NCBI GenBank assembly: GCA_965116885.1
Contig: OZ220741.1
Span: 1,632,001-1,696,000, forward strand
Direction of reading: 5' to 3'
Origin: Candidatus Latescibacterota bacterium
GTDB taxonomy: Bacteria; Latescibacterota; UBA2968
DNA: 64,000 nt
Position 1 is the stretch's first letter. Every line of letters begins with the position of its first letter. The translations under genes and the position numbers were made by a program. A model generated the notes under the pieces. It ran no database searches and was not told where the DNA came from. It worked only from the letters and a program-made list of their open reading frames with translations. Of this stretch, positions 48,670 to 59,245 are shown one piece after another.

Positions 48670-50658
48670 ATGGCCCTTCCCGAATCCCTGTCTCCCACAT
48701 CTGAAGATGCCCAACGAAGAGCGGCGCGCATTACGCCTCGCAGTGTCGCGTTGGGGCTTCTGATTTCTTGTCTGGCGAGTGCATGGGTGACGTATTCCCG
48801 CACGGCTGCAAATACTTCCGCGGTTAATATTACGCATCTTCCGGTTTCCATTTTTGCGATTTTTTTGTGCGTTTTTATTGTCAATACACTTCTGAAGATT
48901 CGGTTCGACAGGCAGGGTCTGGCTTCTCGTGAACTGGCTGTTATTTTCGCGATGGGGCTGATTGGTGCGATTATTCCCGCGCGTGGGTTGACCGGTGTCT
49001 GGCTGGGGCTGATGGCCGCGCCTTATTATCTGGCTACGCCGGAGAATGGGTGGATTGACAATGTTCAGCCCTTTCTTCCGCCTTATCTCTTTCCTTCCAA
49101 TGATCACCAGCAGACGACGTTTTTGTACGAGGGTCTGCCATCTGGGGTGCCCATTCCGTGGGAGGTGTGGGTCGGTCCGATTTTCTGGTGGGTTACGCTG
49201 ATTTTGGCCGGGTTTGCGGTGTGTTTTTGTATTGTGGTTATTCTTCGCAAGCAATGGGTTGAGAGCGAGCGCCTGGATTATCCTTTGCTCGCACCGATTC
49301 TCGAGATGGTTGCGGAGACGCGCGATTCTTCGGGGCGGAGTGGCTGGCCGATTCTTTTTAGGGGGTATCTCTTCTGGATTGGTTTTGGGCTGGCGTTTGG
49401 GATTATCGGGTGGAATATTATTACTTATTTTTATACGACGGTTCCCCGCATTAGCATGAGTCCGAATGCGGGGCTTTTTTATTTTGCGCGCCTTTTTCCG
49501 CCGTTGCTGACTCATATTAATACTTATACGATTGGCTTTGGATATTTTGTGAATCTGGAAATTCTTTTTTCGATCTGGTTTTTCCACTTTTTGTTGATGG
49601 GCGAGATTGCGCTTATCCGGAAGACGGGCTTTCAGTTTGGGCGCATGCACCAGAAGGGCGGTGGGTGGGGCGATCCTCTGGTGCAGTGGCAGTGCATGGG
49701 CGCGCTTTTTGTGTTTGTGGCATGGGGGCTGTGGACAGCGCGGCGGCATTTGAAGGCGGTTTTTCGGAAGGCGTGGAATGATGATCCCGATGTGGATGAT
49801 GCGGATGAGCTTCTTTCCTATCGCACGGCTGTGAGTGGCTTGGTTGTCGGCGTCGCCTATATCGTGGCGTGGCTTTTGAAGGCGGGGGTTGCGCCGGGGC
49901 TTTTGATGATTACGATACCGGCGGCGATTGTTATTTATATCGCTCTTGCCCGTTTTGTGTGCGAGTCGGGCACGCTGTATCTGGGTATTCCCACGACGCC
50001 TCTCAATATGGGTTTTCAACTGATCGGTACGGTTACGATTGATCCGAGGACGATTGCCGTGGGTTCTACTGCCCACGCGTTGCGCTGGATGCTGTTTATG
50101 CCAGCGCTGTCGCAGTGTGCCAAAGTTTTTGACCGCGTGCCGGGGAATAAGCGCGCGCTTTTTTGGGTGTTGCTTTTGGGGTTGGGCGGCGCGCTGGTGG
50201 TCAATATTTCGATGGTGCTCTATCTGGGCTATACACACGGGGCGTACAATTTTACGGAGTATCCGTTTACCCGGTACGCGCCCCGGCTGTACGATGCGAT
50301 TGTTACGAAAATCAAATCGCCCGAGCCGGCTTCCTGGGAGCGGGTGGTGCTGTTCGGCTTTGGGGGGCTCATTTTTGCGATTCTCACTGCGCTTCGGTAT
50401 CGTCTGCCCTGGTGGCCCATCCATCCCGTGGGTTTTATTATTACGACGACGAGTATTCTCCACGAGATTACGTCGCTTATTATCGTCTGGCTGTTCAAAG
50501 CTATTGTGATCCGGGTGGGCGGTGTGTCCCTTTACGAAAAATACCGTCCGCTCTTTTTCGGGATTATTGCGGGGAGGGCGACAGGGGTGCTCGTTTCATT
50601 TGTTGTCGATTTGATCTGGTTTCCCGGTGGGGGGCACGGGGTACACGGTTGGGCATGA
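48670..50658 (+). CDS. Polytopic membrane protein, DUF6785/DUF6784-like (paralogue of 19924-21909)
   Basis: YYLATPENGW, GLPSGVPIPWEVWVGPI, RKQWVESERLDYP, WWPIHPVG. Confidence 0.75.
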   Translation: MALPESLSPTSEDAQRRAARITPRSVALGLLISCLASAWVTYSRTAANTSAVNITHLPVSIFAIFLCVFIVNTLLKIRFDRQGLASRELAVIFAMGLIGAIIPARGLTGVWLGLMAAPYYLATPENGWIDNVQPFLPPYLFPSNDHQQTTFLYEGLPSGVPIPWEVWVGPIFWWVTLILAGFAVCFCIVVILRKQWVESERLDYPLLAPILEMVAETRDSSGRSGWPILFRGYLFWIGFGLAFGIIGWNIITYFYTTVPRISMSPNAGLFYFARLFPPLLTHINTYTIGFGYFVNLEILFSIWFFHFLLMGEIALIRKTGFQFGRMHQKGGGWGDPLVQWQCMGALFVFVAWGLWTARRHLKAVFRKAWNDDPDVDDADELLSYRTAVSGLVVGVAYIVAWLLKAGVAPGLLMITIPAAIVIYIALARFVCESGTLYLGIPTTPLNMGFQLIGTVTIDPRTIAVGSTAHALRWMLFMPALSQCAKVFDRVPGNKRALFWVLLLGLGGALVVNISMVLYLGYTHGAYNFTEYPFTRYAPRLYDAIVTKIKSPEPASWERVVLFGFGGLIFAILTALRYRLPWWPIHPVGFIITTTSILHEITSLIIVWLFKAIVIRVGGVSLYEKYRPLFFGIIAGRATGVLVSFVVDLIWFPGGGHGVHGWA

Positions 50659-50659
50659 T

Positions 50660-51913
50660 CTAACTTCTTTCCACCTCTACCCACAATTCGTTCAGCCCGC
50701 GCAAAGTGATCTGGTGTCGGCGCACGGGTTCGGCGCTTAGTCGAATTGAGGCGTATCGCTTCAGCAGGGCGGCAAAGGCTACTTTGGCTTCCATTACGGC
50801 AAGCGACGCGCCCAGGCAGTAATGGATGCCGCGTCCGAAGGAGAGGTGGCTCGTTTTCTTTCGGCCTATGTCCAGGGTATTGGGATCGGCAAACACAGAG
50901 GGGTCGCGGTTTGCTGCGCCGATCAGGGAGATGACGGGTTGGCCTGCGCGGATTCGCTTGTTGCGGATTTCCACATCTTCAAGCGCGATGCGCCGGTCCA
51001 TCTGAACGGGTGGGTCGTATCTGAGAAATTCGTGTATTGCCTGGTCCAGCAAGTCGGGCTGGCGGCGGAGACGCTGGAATTGGTCGGGATTTCTCAGGAG
51101 GGCGAGCATGCCGTTGCCGATCAGGTTGCGCGTTGTTTCGTTGCCGGCCACGAGCAAGAGGATCAGGGTTGTCACCAGTTCTGCGTGCGTCAAGCGGTCA
51201 CCCGCTTCTTCTGCAGCTACGAGGTCGCTGGTCAGGTCGGCCCGTGGTTTGCGCCGTCGCTGTGCTATGATTTCCTCGAAGTACACTTCCAGTTCTACCC
51301 GGGCCTGTCGCGCCCGTTTGATGTTTTCGTCGTCGAGGATCGGTTCGATGCTGAGTGAAATCAGGCTTGACCACGCTTTGAATCGGTCCAGGTCCTCGGT
51401 GTGGACCCCCAGCATTTGGGCGATGACAATAACCGGCAGGGGAAATGCGAAGGCGTTCATCAGGTCGAAGCGGGTTTGTCCTTCGATGGCGTGCAGAAGA
51501 TCGTCGGCAATTTGTTCGACTTTGGGCTGAAGAGCTGTGACAGATTTGGGGGTGAATGCCCTGGAGACCAGGGCGCGCAGCCGGGTATGGTCAGGGGGAT
51601 CAAGGGCGAGCATGCCCAGAGGGCCGATGCGGACATAAGTATCGGTGGGCAGTCCCTGGTTGGAAAAACGCGCGTGATCCCGCAAAATGGCATCCACGTC
51701 CCGGTAGCTGCTTATCGCCCACGCATCGATCAGTCTCATGCGGTGGATTGGGTCTTTGCGGCGCAATTTTTCGTACAGGTCGTATGGATCGGCGAGGACT
51801 TCGTCGGAACCGGGGTGGTAGGCAACGCCCGATTCGAGGCGTTCATAGGTGAGCAGCGCCCGCGCGGCAAGCGGCTTGAGACTGTTCTCGATTGCCCGGG
51901 TTATTGAAGTCAT
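50660..51913 (-). CDS. Cytochrome P450
   Basis: DPPDHTRLR, AGNETT, EFLR (ExxR), HLSFGRGIHYCLG heme motif. Confidence 0.96.
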   Translation of the reverse strand: MTSITRAIENSLKPLAARALLTYERLESGVAYHPGSDEVLADPYDLYEKLRRKDPIHRMRLIDAWAISSYRDVDAILRDHARFSNQGLPTDTYVRIGPLGMLALDPPDHTRLRALVSRAFTPKSVTALQPKVEQIADDLLHAIEGQTRFDLMNAFAFPLPVIVIAQMLGVHTEDLDRFKAWSSLISLSIEPILDDENIKRARQARVELEVYFEEIIAQRRRKPRADLTSDLVAAEEAGDRLTHAELVTTLILLLVAGNETTRNLIGNGMLALLRNPDQFQRLRRQPDLLDQAIHEFLRYDPPVQMDRRIALEDVEIRNKRIRAGQPVISLIGAANRDPSVFADPNTLDIGRKKTSHLSFGRGIHYCLGASLAVMEAKVAFAALLKRYASIRLSAEPVRRHQITLRGLNELWVEVERS

Positions 51914-51932
51914 CGTTGCGTTCCTTAACACA

Positions 51933-51966
51933 AAAGCCCCGTTTGACCTTTGTCAGACGGGGCTTT
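51933..51966 (-). terminator. Intrinsic terminator after the 51993 gene
   Basis: AAAGCCCCGTTTGAC / GTCAGACGGGGCTTT stem with T-run on the minus strand. Confidence 0.7.
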
Positions 51967-51992
51967 CGATATTGGCGGGTATATCTGCGGAC

Positions 51993-53213
51993 TCAAGCGT
52001 TCTTCAGGGCATTTACCGCTTCTATCAGTCGCCGATCGGCTTTGTAGCGCAACTCTAAGATCGCGTCTATATCCGATAGTGCGTTGGACTCGGCCTGTAG
52101 TCGGCACACGTCAATGCGGTCTGATAGGGCATTCATCACCACGTCGAGCAACATCAAATCTGTGACATCGTCGGCTACCATACACTCATCCGCCAGAACT
52201 TTGCGGATCATTTCCAGGGGCTTTTTGAGCCTTTCGGCGTCCGGGATGGTTTCGCTATTTCCGTTGTTGACCAGTTCGGGCGACAAGCTGCCGAGAAAGC
52301 CTTCGCTAATGAATTGCCGCGTTTTGTCTTCGGTCCAGGATTGCGCCAAAATTTGTGTCAGTTTGTTCGATGGTTGATTGGGTTTCTGGCTGCGACTGCG
52401 ATCGCTTGTGCGCTTTGAAGACCGCTGTTTATTCTGATTGCTCTGATTGCTCTGATTGCTCTGATTGCGTCCGCTATGTGGGCGAGATACTTTGCGCGTG
52501 TCTTTTTGGCGGGGCACATTGCGGATATCTTCTTTTTTTGGTTCATCCCGCTTGCCCTGAGCAGGCGTTTCGGTTTGCGCTGGTTCCGCTGATGCTTGAA
52601 CGGTTTTTTCCTCTGTATTCGCGTCCTGCCGCCGAGTGGGTTGAACAGGTGTGCTTACACTGGCGCGGTCTTCCCAGCCAATTGGTGCAGACCGCCTTGT
52701 TCGACGCCCCCATTGCATTTCTTCTGGTTGCACATCCTGGGGCGTTTGTGTTTGCGCGGTTTCTGCCTCTTTTCGATTCTGTTCGGCTGAAGCCTTTGCC
52801 TGGACCTTTTCCCTTCGCTGTCTGGATGGCGGCGATGAGATCACCGTGCGCTCTTCCTGTGCGGCAGGCATTTCAGCCTTTTTTGCAGGCTTCTTGGCTT
52901 GCTGCGCTGGTTTCCTGGCCTGTTTTACAGGCTTTTTTGCAGGTTTTTTGGCCTGTTTTACAGGCTTTTTGGCTGTTTTTTTAGTTGCCTGCTTTTTAGC
53001 TGTTTTTTTAGTTGCCTGCTTTTTCGCAGGTTTTTTGGACGATTGCTTTTTCGATACACGCGGTGTAGAAGACCTGGTGTTCGTTTTTTTAGCTGGCTTT
53101 TTAGCTGTTTTTTTAGTTGCCTGCTTTTTTGACGGACGTTTTGCTTTTTTGGCTGTGGATGTTGCGCCTTCAGTTTCCCGAGGTTCATCAGTCTGTGATT
53201 TCGTTTTTGCCAT
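51993..53213 (-). CDS. Hypothetical protein with histone H1-like Lys/Ala/Pro repeats and a small helical C-terminal domain
   Basis: KKQATKKTAKK and KKPAKK repeats, low-complexity middle, acidic helical C-terminus; AAGGA RBS. Confidence 0.7.
   Translation of the reverse strand: MAKTKSQTDEPRETEGATSTAKKAKRPSKKQATKKTAKKPAKKTNTRSSTPRVSKKQSSKKPAKKQATKKTAKKQATKKTAKKPVKQAKKPAKKPVKQARKPAQQAKKPAKKAEMPAAQEERTVISSPPSRQRREKVQAKASAEQNRKEAETAQTQTPQDVQPEEMQWGRRTRRSAPIGWEDRASVSTPVQPTRRQDANTEEKTVQASAEPAQTETPAQGKRDEPKKEDIRNVPRQKDTRKVSRPHSGRNQSNQSNQSNQNKQRSSKRTSDRSRSQKPNQPSNKLTQILAQSWTEDKTRQFISEGFLGSLSPELVNNGNSETIPDAERLKKPLEMIRKVLADECMVADDVTDLMLLDVVMNALSDRIDVCRLQAESNALSDIDAILELRYKADRRLIEAVNALKNA
52433..52468. 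repeat. In-frame 9-bp tandem repeat (NQS-type) x4
   Basis: TCTGATTGC x4. Confidence 0.9.
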
Positions 53214-53310
53214 ACTATCCTTTCACAAATGTTAGCTCAAATTTAATTTAAGTCTTTGCATAATCATAATATAGACAAAACTGCCCACAATTTCAACCAA
53301 ACACACAAAA

Positions 53311-53337
53311 AAAGGGCTGACCAGCGGTCAGCCCTTT
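53311..53337 (-). terminator. groEL terminator
   Basis: AAAGGGCTGACC-agc-GGTCAGCCCTTT with a long T-run on the minus strand. Confidence 0.8.
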
Positions 53338-53368
53338 GTGGAAGTCGAGCATATTTTGACAGTCCGAT

Positions 53369-54994
53369 TTAGTGCATGTGCCCGTGATGGGGGTCGTGGG
53401 CGGGCGCAGCACCTTCGTTTTCTTCTGGCATATCTGTCACCAGAGCTTCGGTTGTCAATAATAGCCCCGCGATAGACGCTGCATTTTCGATTGCAGTGCG
53501 CACCACTTTTGTGGGGTCAATCACACCGGAATCTACCAGGTCTTCATATTGCTCGGTGCGTGCATTAAACCCATAAGCGCCTTCGCCTTCGTTCACTTTT
53601 TGCGCGACGAGGCTGCCTTCTAAGCCGGCATTATCGGCGATTTGACGCAGCGGGGCTTGCAGTGCGCGACGCACGATATCTACGCCTGTGCTCTGGTCGC
53701 CATGCACATCCGTTTCGTCTAATGCGCCAAGGCTGCGCAGGAGGGCGACTCCGCCGCCGGGCACGATGCCTTCTTCAACTGCAGCGCGCACGGAATGGAG
53801 TGCATCTTCGACGCGGGCTTTCTTTTCTTTCATTTCTGTTTCTGTTGCCGCACCAACATTGATGACGGCCACACCACCGGCCAATTTTGCCAATCGCTCT
53901 TCGAGTTTTTCGCGGTCGTAGTCAGAGGTGGTATCTTCGATCTGCCGACGGATCTGGCTCGTTCTGCCCTGGATATCGGCTATAGATCCCACGCCTTCTA
54001 CAATTGTAGTGTTGTCTTTGTCGATGACTACGCGCTTAGCCTGCCCGAGGTCGCTAATCTCGACGTTTTCGAGCTTAATGCCGAGATCTTCCGTTATCAC
54101 GCGCCCACCTGTTAGCACGGCGATATCACCCAACATTTCTTTGCGGCGATCGCCATATCCCGGTGCTTTTACGGCACAGGCAGCGAGGGTGCCGCGCACT
54201 TTGTTGACGACAAAAGTGGCGAGGGCTTCACCTTCGACATCTTCGGCAATGACCAGAAGCGGCTTGCCAGCACCGGCAACTTTTTCGAGCAGAGGCAATA
54301 AGTCGTTCATGTTTGACAACTTCGCCTCGTGAATGAGGATCAGCGCGTCTTCCAGTATGGCTTCCATGTTTTCCTGATCGGTCACAAAATAGGGCGACAG
54401 ATAACCGCGGTCAAACTGCATTCCTTCAACCACATCCAGTGTTGTCTCGATGCTTTTGGCCTCTTCGACCGTGATTGTGCCGTCTTTGCCGACTTTGTCC
54501 ATTGCGTCAGCTATAATATCACCAATACTGCTGTCGCTGTTGGCGGATATTGTCCCTACTTGTGCAATTGAGTTGCGGTCTTTTACCGGCTGGCTCTGGT
54601 CTTCCAATGCTTTGACTACGGATGCAACAGCCGCGTCGATGCCGCGCTTGAGGTCCATCGGGTTGGCTCCGGCGGTTACATTGCGCAAGCCTTCGCGGAA
54701 GATCGCTTCGGCGAGTACTGTCGCTGTGGTTGTGCCGTCGCCCGCAATGTCAGAAGTCTTGGAAGCGACTTCTTTGACCATCTGCACACCCATGTTTTCG
54801 TAGGCGTCTTCGAGTTCAATTTCTTTTGCTACGGTCACGCCGTCTTTTGTTACGGTGGGGGATCCCCAGGATTTGGCGACAACCACATTTCGTCCAGCAG
54901 GTCCCAACGTGGCTTTCACGGCTTTGCTCAAGAGCGTTACACCGTCGAGAATACGCTCGCGAGCATCTATTCCATAGGCAATCTGCTTTGCCAT
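53369..54994 (-). CDS. groL: Chaperonin GroEL
   Basis: [36 protein letters not shown]; His-rich C-terminal tail. Confidence 0.98.
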   Translation of the reverse strand: MAKQIAYGIDARERILDGVTLLSKAVKATLGPAGRNVVVAKSWGSPTVTKDGVTVAKEIELEDAYENMGVQMVKEVASKTSDIAGDGTTTATVLAEAIFREGLRNVTAGANPMDLKRGIDAAVASVVKALEDQSQPVKDRNSIAQVGTISANSDSSIGDIIADAMDKVGKDGTITVEEAKSIETTLDVVEGMQFDRGYLSPYFVTDQENMEAILEDALILIHEAKLSNMNDLLPLLEKVAGAGKPLLVIAEDVEGEALATFVVNKVRGTLAACAVKAPGYGDRRKEMLGDIAVLTGGRVITEDLGIKLENVEISDLGQAKRVVIDKDNTTIVEGVGSIADIQGRTSQIRRQIEDTTSDYDREKLEERLAKLAGGVAVINVGAATETEMKEKKARVEDALHSVRAAVEEGIVPGGGVALLRSLGALDETDVHGDQSTGVDIVRRALQAPLRQIADNAGLEGSLVAQKVNEGEGAYGFNARTEQYEDLVDSGVIDPTKVVRTAIENAASIAGLLLTTEALVTDMPEENEGAAPAHDPHHGHMH

Positions 54995-55009
54995 AATACC
55001 AATCTCCTT

Positions 55010-55297
55010 TTACTGAATAATGCCCAATACGTCGTCTTCGTTTACGATTACGTACTCATCGCCGTCAACTTCAATTTCCGTACCGGAGTATTTGCCAATT
55101 AAAATTTTTTCTCCAGATTTTACCGCTGGCGCGATTACATCTCCATTCTTATTGCGTTTGCCCGGTCCAACGGCAACGACCTCTGCTTCCTGTGGTGTTT
55201 CTTTAGCAGTATCGGGGATGATAATGCCCCCCTTCACTTGCTCATCAGCATCCACCCGTCGCACCAGGATGCGATCGGAAAGCGGACGGACATTCAT
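55010..55297 (-). CDS. groS: Co-chaperonin GroES
   Basis: RPLSDRILV, GGIIIPDTAKE, VVAVGPG, KYSGTEI. Confidence 0.98.
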   Translation of the reverse strand: MNVRPLSDRILVRRVDADEQVKGGIIIPDTAKETPQEAEVVAVGPGKRNKNGDVIAPAVKSGEKILIGKYSGTEIEVDGDEYVIVNEDDVLGIIQ

Positions 55298-55352
55298 GAG
55301 AACCCTCCTTGAAAAACAGTTAAATGTAATAAATTTAATTATTTATATGTTA

Positions 55353-55379
55353 TTAGCACTCTGTTATTTTGAGTGCTAA
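55353..55379. promoter_or_regulatory. CIRCE element (HrcA operator)
   Basis: TTAGCACTC-TGTTATTTT-GAGTGCTAA, perfect consensus, upstream of groES. Confidence 0.97.
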
Positions 55380-55481
55380 GGCGGGAAAATATACAGAAGC
55401 ACCAATATTTGCGCAAGTGTAAAAAGTGGAATCCGCAGATGGACGCAGATAAAGAAGAAGGGCTGGGAAATGTGAACGACT

Positions 55482-55506
55482 GTAGGGGCGAGGCATGCGT
55501 CATCGC
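55482..55506 (+). repeat. Degenerate GTAG-type REP
   Basis: GTAGGGGCGAGGCATGCGTCATCGC, imperfect stem. Confidence 0.5.
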
Positions 55507-55976
55507 TATATATCAGCCAGCTTTGTTTTTTTTTGAGCCAGTACTTTTTCCAGATGATCAATTTGCTCTTTGAGCAGTTCGGGGGTTTCTGGCGCACCCG
55601 TTTCTTCAGGTGGCGGTGGAATTTCAGCCGGCAAATGCGCATCTTCCCAATCCCCGTATCCGCCGTCCATCGAGATCACTTTTTCGTATCCCATCGTTTT
55701 CAGGGTTTCGCCAGCGAGGAGGGATCGCACGCCACCTGCACAAATTACAATCACTTCACGCGATTTGTCGGGCATTGCCGCTTCTGCCTGGTATTCCAAT
55801 TCTCCGCGGGGTATGTGTACAGATCCTTTTAAGTGCCCGCGCTCCCATTCGTCCAGTCCGCGCACGTCGAGTAATACGGGATTATTGCCCTCTTCTATAT
55901 AATCATGTACTTCCTGCACGGTCATTTCCGGAATATTTTGACGCGCATCATCCAGCAAATTTTCACGCGACTTCAT
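55506..55976 (-). CDS. Rhodanese-like domain protein
   Basis: LLDVRGLDEWERGHL, active loop CAGGVRS, MDGGYGDW. Confidence 0.88.
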   Translation of the reverse strand: MKSRENLLDDARQNIPEMTVQEVHDYIEEGNNPVLLDVRGLDEWERGHLKGSVHIPRGELEYQAEAAMPDKSREVIVICAGGVRSLLAGETLKTMGYEKVISMDGGYGDWEDAHLPAEIPPPPEETGAPETPELLKEQIDHLEKVLAQKKTKLADI

Positions 55977-55999
55977 ACGTTTATCTCCTCATTGGTCTT

Positions 56000-58900
56000 T
56001 CAAGCTCTTCCATGGCAATGCTTGTACTTCTTGCCACTGCCACACGGACATGGCGCGTTTCGCCCCACCTTTTTTTCAACGCGCACCGGCTGTTTTTTAG
56101 GCGCATCGCCTTCTGTAGAATTGGCGGTCAATTCATCTTGACCTGGTTCGGGCATGCCGGCAAAGCCCATTCCCGTGGCATCGCGGTGTTCCAATGACAG
56201 GCGTGCGGGCTGCTGGGTGCGCGGCTGTGCGGGTGTTTCTTCAATAGAAATGCGGAATAACAATCGCAATGTTTCTCGGTTGATGTCTTCGAGCAATGCC
56301 ACAAACATCTCGTAACCTTCGCGCTTGTACTCGATCAATGGATTTTTTTGTCCATAACCGCGAAGGCCAATGCCCTCTTTCAGATCGTCCATTTCGCGGA
56401 GGTGTTCTTTCCACTTTTCATCAAAGACGCTCAGGTAAATCATGCGTTCTATCTGGCGCATACGGTCTTCCCCAATGACCCTTTCGCGGCGATCATAAGC
56501 CTCGCGAACCCCGCGCAATACGCGATCTCGCAAACCCGCTTCGCGCAATTGGGGCAGATCTTCATCGGGTATGACAGGTGCTTGCAAAAATACATTGCGC
56601 AAATCGTTCATTAATCCATCGAAATTCCAGTCTTCGGGGTGTGCGTCGGGCGGTATATGAATATCCAATAGCGCATCGATGGTTTCGTCGATCATTTCGC
56701 TGATCATCGCCGAGATATCTTCTTCTTCCAGCGCGTGTCTGCGTCTGTCGTAAATCACTTCGCGCTGTTGATTCATTACGTCGTCGTAATCCAGTACCTG
56801 TTTTCGAAATTCAAAATTGCGCGCTTCAACCCGTTTTTGCGCGGTTTCAATGGATTTTGTCACCCAGCTGTGTTCGATCACTTCGCCTTCTTCAGCGCCC
56901 AGACGGTCCATGACACGGGCAATGCGCTCGGATCCAAATAGACGCATTAAATCGTCTTCCAGTGAGATGAAAAACCGCGAGCTTCCCGGGTCCCCTTGCC
57001 GCCCAGAGCGACCGCGCAATTGCCGGTCGATGCGACGGGATTCGTGTCGTTCAGTGCCAATAATAGTCAATCCACACGGGACTTCATCTCGACACCCGTA
57101 TTCGTCTATGTATGGACACAGGGGCTGGGTGCTATCGGGATTTGCAATCAATGCACACTGGTGCCCTTCGGGCGCTTTTACGATGCCGGGTCCCAGTTTG
57201 ATATCTGTACCGCGCCCGGCCATATTGGTCGCGATTGTCACTGCACCTGGTTGCCCGGCCTGCGCGATGATCTGCGCTTCTTGTACATTTTGTCGGGCAT
57301 TGAGTACCTGGTGTTTGATTTTTTTGCGCGTGAGCATCCGCGAAATTAACTCGGAGGTTTCAACGGAAATTGTGCCGACCAGGACTGGCAATTTTTGTTC
57401 GTGTAAATGCACGATTTCATCGAGTAGAGCATTGTATTTTTCGCGTTTTGTGCGGTAGATCCAGTCGTTAGAATCGATGCGGCGCACCGGCTCATGCGTT
57501 GGAATCGATACCACATCGAGTTTGTAGATTTGATGAAATTCTTCGGCTTCTGTTTCGGCTGTGCCCGTCATTCCCGCCAGTCGGTCATAGAGTCTGAAAT
57601 AATTTTGCAACGTAATGGTTGCCACTGTTTGCGTGTCGCGTTCGACTTTTACCTTTTCTTTTGCTTCCAATGCCTGGTGCAATCCATCGGCAAAACGGCG
57701 TCCGGGCTGTGGCCGTCCCGTAAATTCATCGACGATGACGACCTTGCCGTCGTCGATCATATATTGCACGTCTTTTTCGTATAGAGAATAGGCTTGCAAC
57801 AATTTTCGCACGCTGTGGATAGACTCGTTCTTTTCTCCATAATCCTGATAGGCGGCTTCTTTTGCGTGGTCTTTGTCTGAATCGGATAGCGATTTATTTT
57901 CTTCGATATCCCGAAGTACTTCATCGAGGTCTGGCAATACAAAGTCGTCTGGATTGCGGCTGATTTCGTCGCGTCCCTTTTCTGTCAGGTCGATGATGTG
58001 GCTTTTTTCGTCGATGCTGAAATAGAGGTCTTCGTCCAGTTCGCCCGTGCGCTTGTCGCGGATATAATCGGATTCAACCCGCTGCACGAGGCGCTTGATG
58101 CCCTCTTCCTGGAGTCGCTTCATAAAGCGACTATTTTTGGGCATTCCGCGCTGGACCTGCAATAACAAGATGCCGGCCTCGTATTCGTCGCCGGATTCGA
58201 GTTCTTCTTCTGCTTCTTTCAAAATATTGTTTACGACTCGGGTTTGGGCGCGTACCAATTTTTCGACCAGCGGACGCATTTCTTCATACCGATGCGACGA
58301 GGATTCTGCCACGGGTCCCGAAATGATCAGCGGTGTGCGCGCCTCGTCAATCAGGATGCTATCTACTTCGTCAATAATTGCAAAATAGTGCTCGCGCTGT
58401 ATCAGGTCTTCGGGGCGTATTGCCATGTTATCGTAGAGATAATCAAAACCAAACTGGTCTTTTGTGCCGTACACGATATCCATGAGACAGGCGTCTTTGT
58501 GGTCACACGCGCGCATGCGATACCCGTCTTTACCCTCTTCTTCCATAATAAAACCTTCCACGCCCAACGCGCGATCCTGAATGACGCCTACGGTGAGGCC
58601 CAGGAACAGATACACGGGCCCCAGCCACATGGCGTCGCGCTTGGCGAGGTAGGAGTTTACGGTGACGAGATGCACGCCGCGCCCGAGCAAGCCATTTAAG
58701 TACAGAGCCAGGCCCGCGGCCAGTGTTTTGCCTTCGCCTGTGGCCATTTCGGCGATTTTGCCCTGATGCAATACGGTGGCACCGATTAATTGCACGTCAT
58801 AGGGTATTTCATGCCATACGATTTGGTCGCCAGCCCGGTCCCAGGATTTGCCCCGTTCTTTGAAGCGGCGACATGTTTCCTTAAAGACGGCAAATGCCTC

Positions 58901-59218
58901 TGGATGAATTTCATCGAGCACATCGCGCTCAATATCCTTGATTTCGGCTTCGGTTTCTGCAATGGCTTCCAATTGTTCGGTGCGGTCTTCGTCTCGCTGC
59001 ATCGCGTCCAGTTCTTCTTTGAGCTGATTGAGATGCTTTTGAGCATCATCAGTCGCTTCGGCAATGCGCGTGCGAAATTCTGTTGTTTTGCCTTTTAATT
59101 CCTCGTCGGACAAAGAGGCATATTCTTCGTAGAGTTGATTAATTTCATCCACAATCGGTTGCATTTTCTTTACATCCCGATCGTGTTTGCTGCCGAAAAT
59201 TTTTGTTAAGAAATTCAT
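56000..59218 (-). CDS. secA: Preprotein translocase subunit SecA
   Basis: [76 protein letters not shown]. Confidence 0.98.
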   Translation of the reverse strand: MNFLTKIFGSKHDRDVKKMQPIVDEINQLYEEYASLSDEELKGKTTEFRTRIAEATDDAQKHLNQLKEELDAMQRDEDRTEQLEAIAETEAEIKDIERDVLDEIHPEAFAVFKETCRRFKERGKSWDRAGDQIVWHEIPYDVQLIGATVLHQGKIAEMATGEGKTLAAGLALYLNGLLGRGVHLVTVNSYLAKRDAMWLGPVYLFLGLTVGVIQDRALGVEGFIMEEEGKDGYRMRACDHKDACLMDIVYGTKDQFGFDYLYDNMAIRPEDLIQREHYFAIIDEVDSILIDEARTPLIISGPVAESSSHRYEEMRPLVEKLVRAQTRVVNNILKEAEEELESGDEYEAGILLLQVQRGMPKNSRFMKRLQEEGIKRLVQRVESDYIRDKRTGELDEDLYFSIDEKSHIIDLTEKGRDEISRNPDDFVLPDLDEVLRDIEENKSLSDSDKDHAKEAAYQDYGEKNESIHSVRKLLQAYSLYEKDVQYMIDDGKVVIVDEFTGRPQPGRRFADGLHQALEAKEKVKVERDTQTVATITLQNYFRLYDRLAGMTGTAETEAEEFHQIYKLDVVSIPTHEPVRRIDSNDWIYRTKREKYNALLDEIVHLHEQKLPVLVGTISVETSELISRMLTRKKIKHQVLNARQNVQEAQIIAQAGQPGAVTIATNMAGRGTDIKLGPGIVKAPEGHQCALIANPDSTQPLCPYIDEYGCRDEVPCGLTIIGTERHESRRIDRQLRGRSGRQGDPGSSRFFISLEDDLMRLFGSERIARVMDRLGAEEGEVIEHSWVTKSIETAQKRVEARNFEFRKQVLDYDDVMNQQREVIYDRRRHALEEEDISAMISEMIDETIDALLDIHIPPDAHPEDWNFDGLMNDLRNVFLQAPVIPDEDLPQLREAGLRDRVLRGVREAYDRRERVIGEDRMRQIERMIYLSVFDEKWKEHLREMDDLKEGIGLRGYGQKNPLIEYKREGYEMFVALLEDINRETLRLLFRISIEETPAQPRTQQPARLSLEHRDATGMGFAGMPEPGQDELTANSTEGDAPKKQPVRVEKKVGRNAPCPCGSGKKYKHCHGRA

Positions 59219-59245
59219 TGTGATTATCCTGTGGATAATGAGGTG

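Noticed and set aside
48637..50463. 608-aa minus-strand ORF
   Set aside because: Antisense shadow of a hydrophobic membrane-protein gene.
55431..55453. ATCCGCAGATGGACGCAGATAAA short repeat-like motif
   Set aside because: Only one copy noticed in the window; cannot be supported as an element.
57100..57110. ATTCGTCTA octamer inside secA
   Set aside because: Single unit encoding IDE; likely coincidental.
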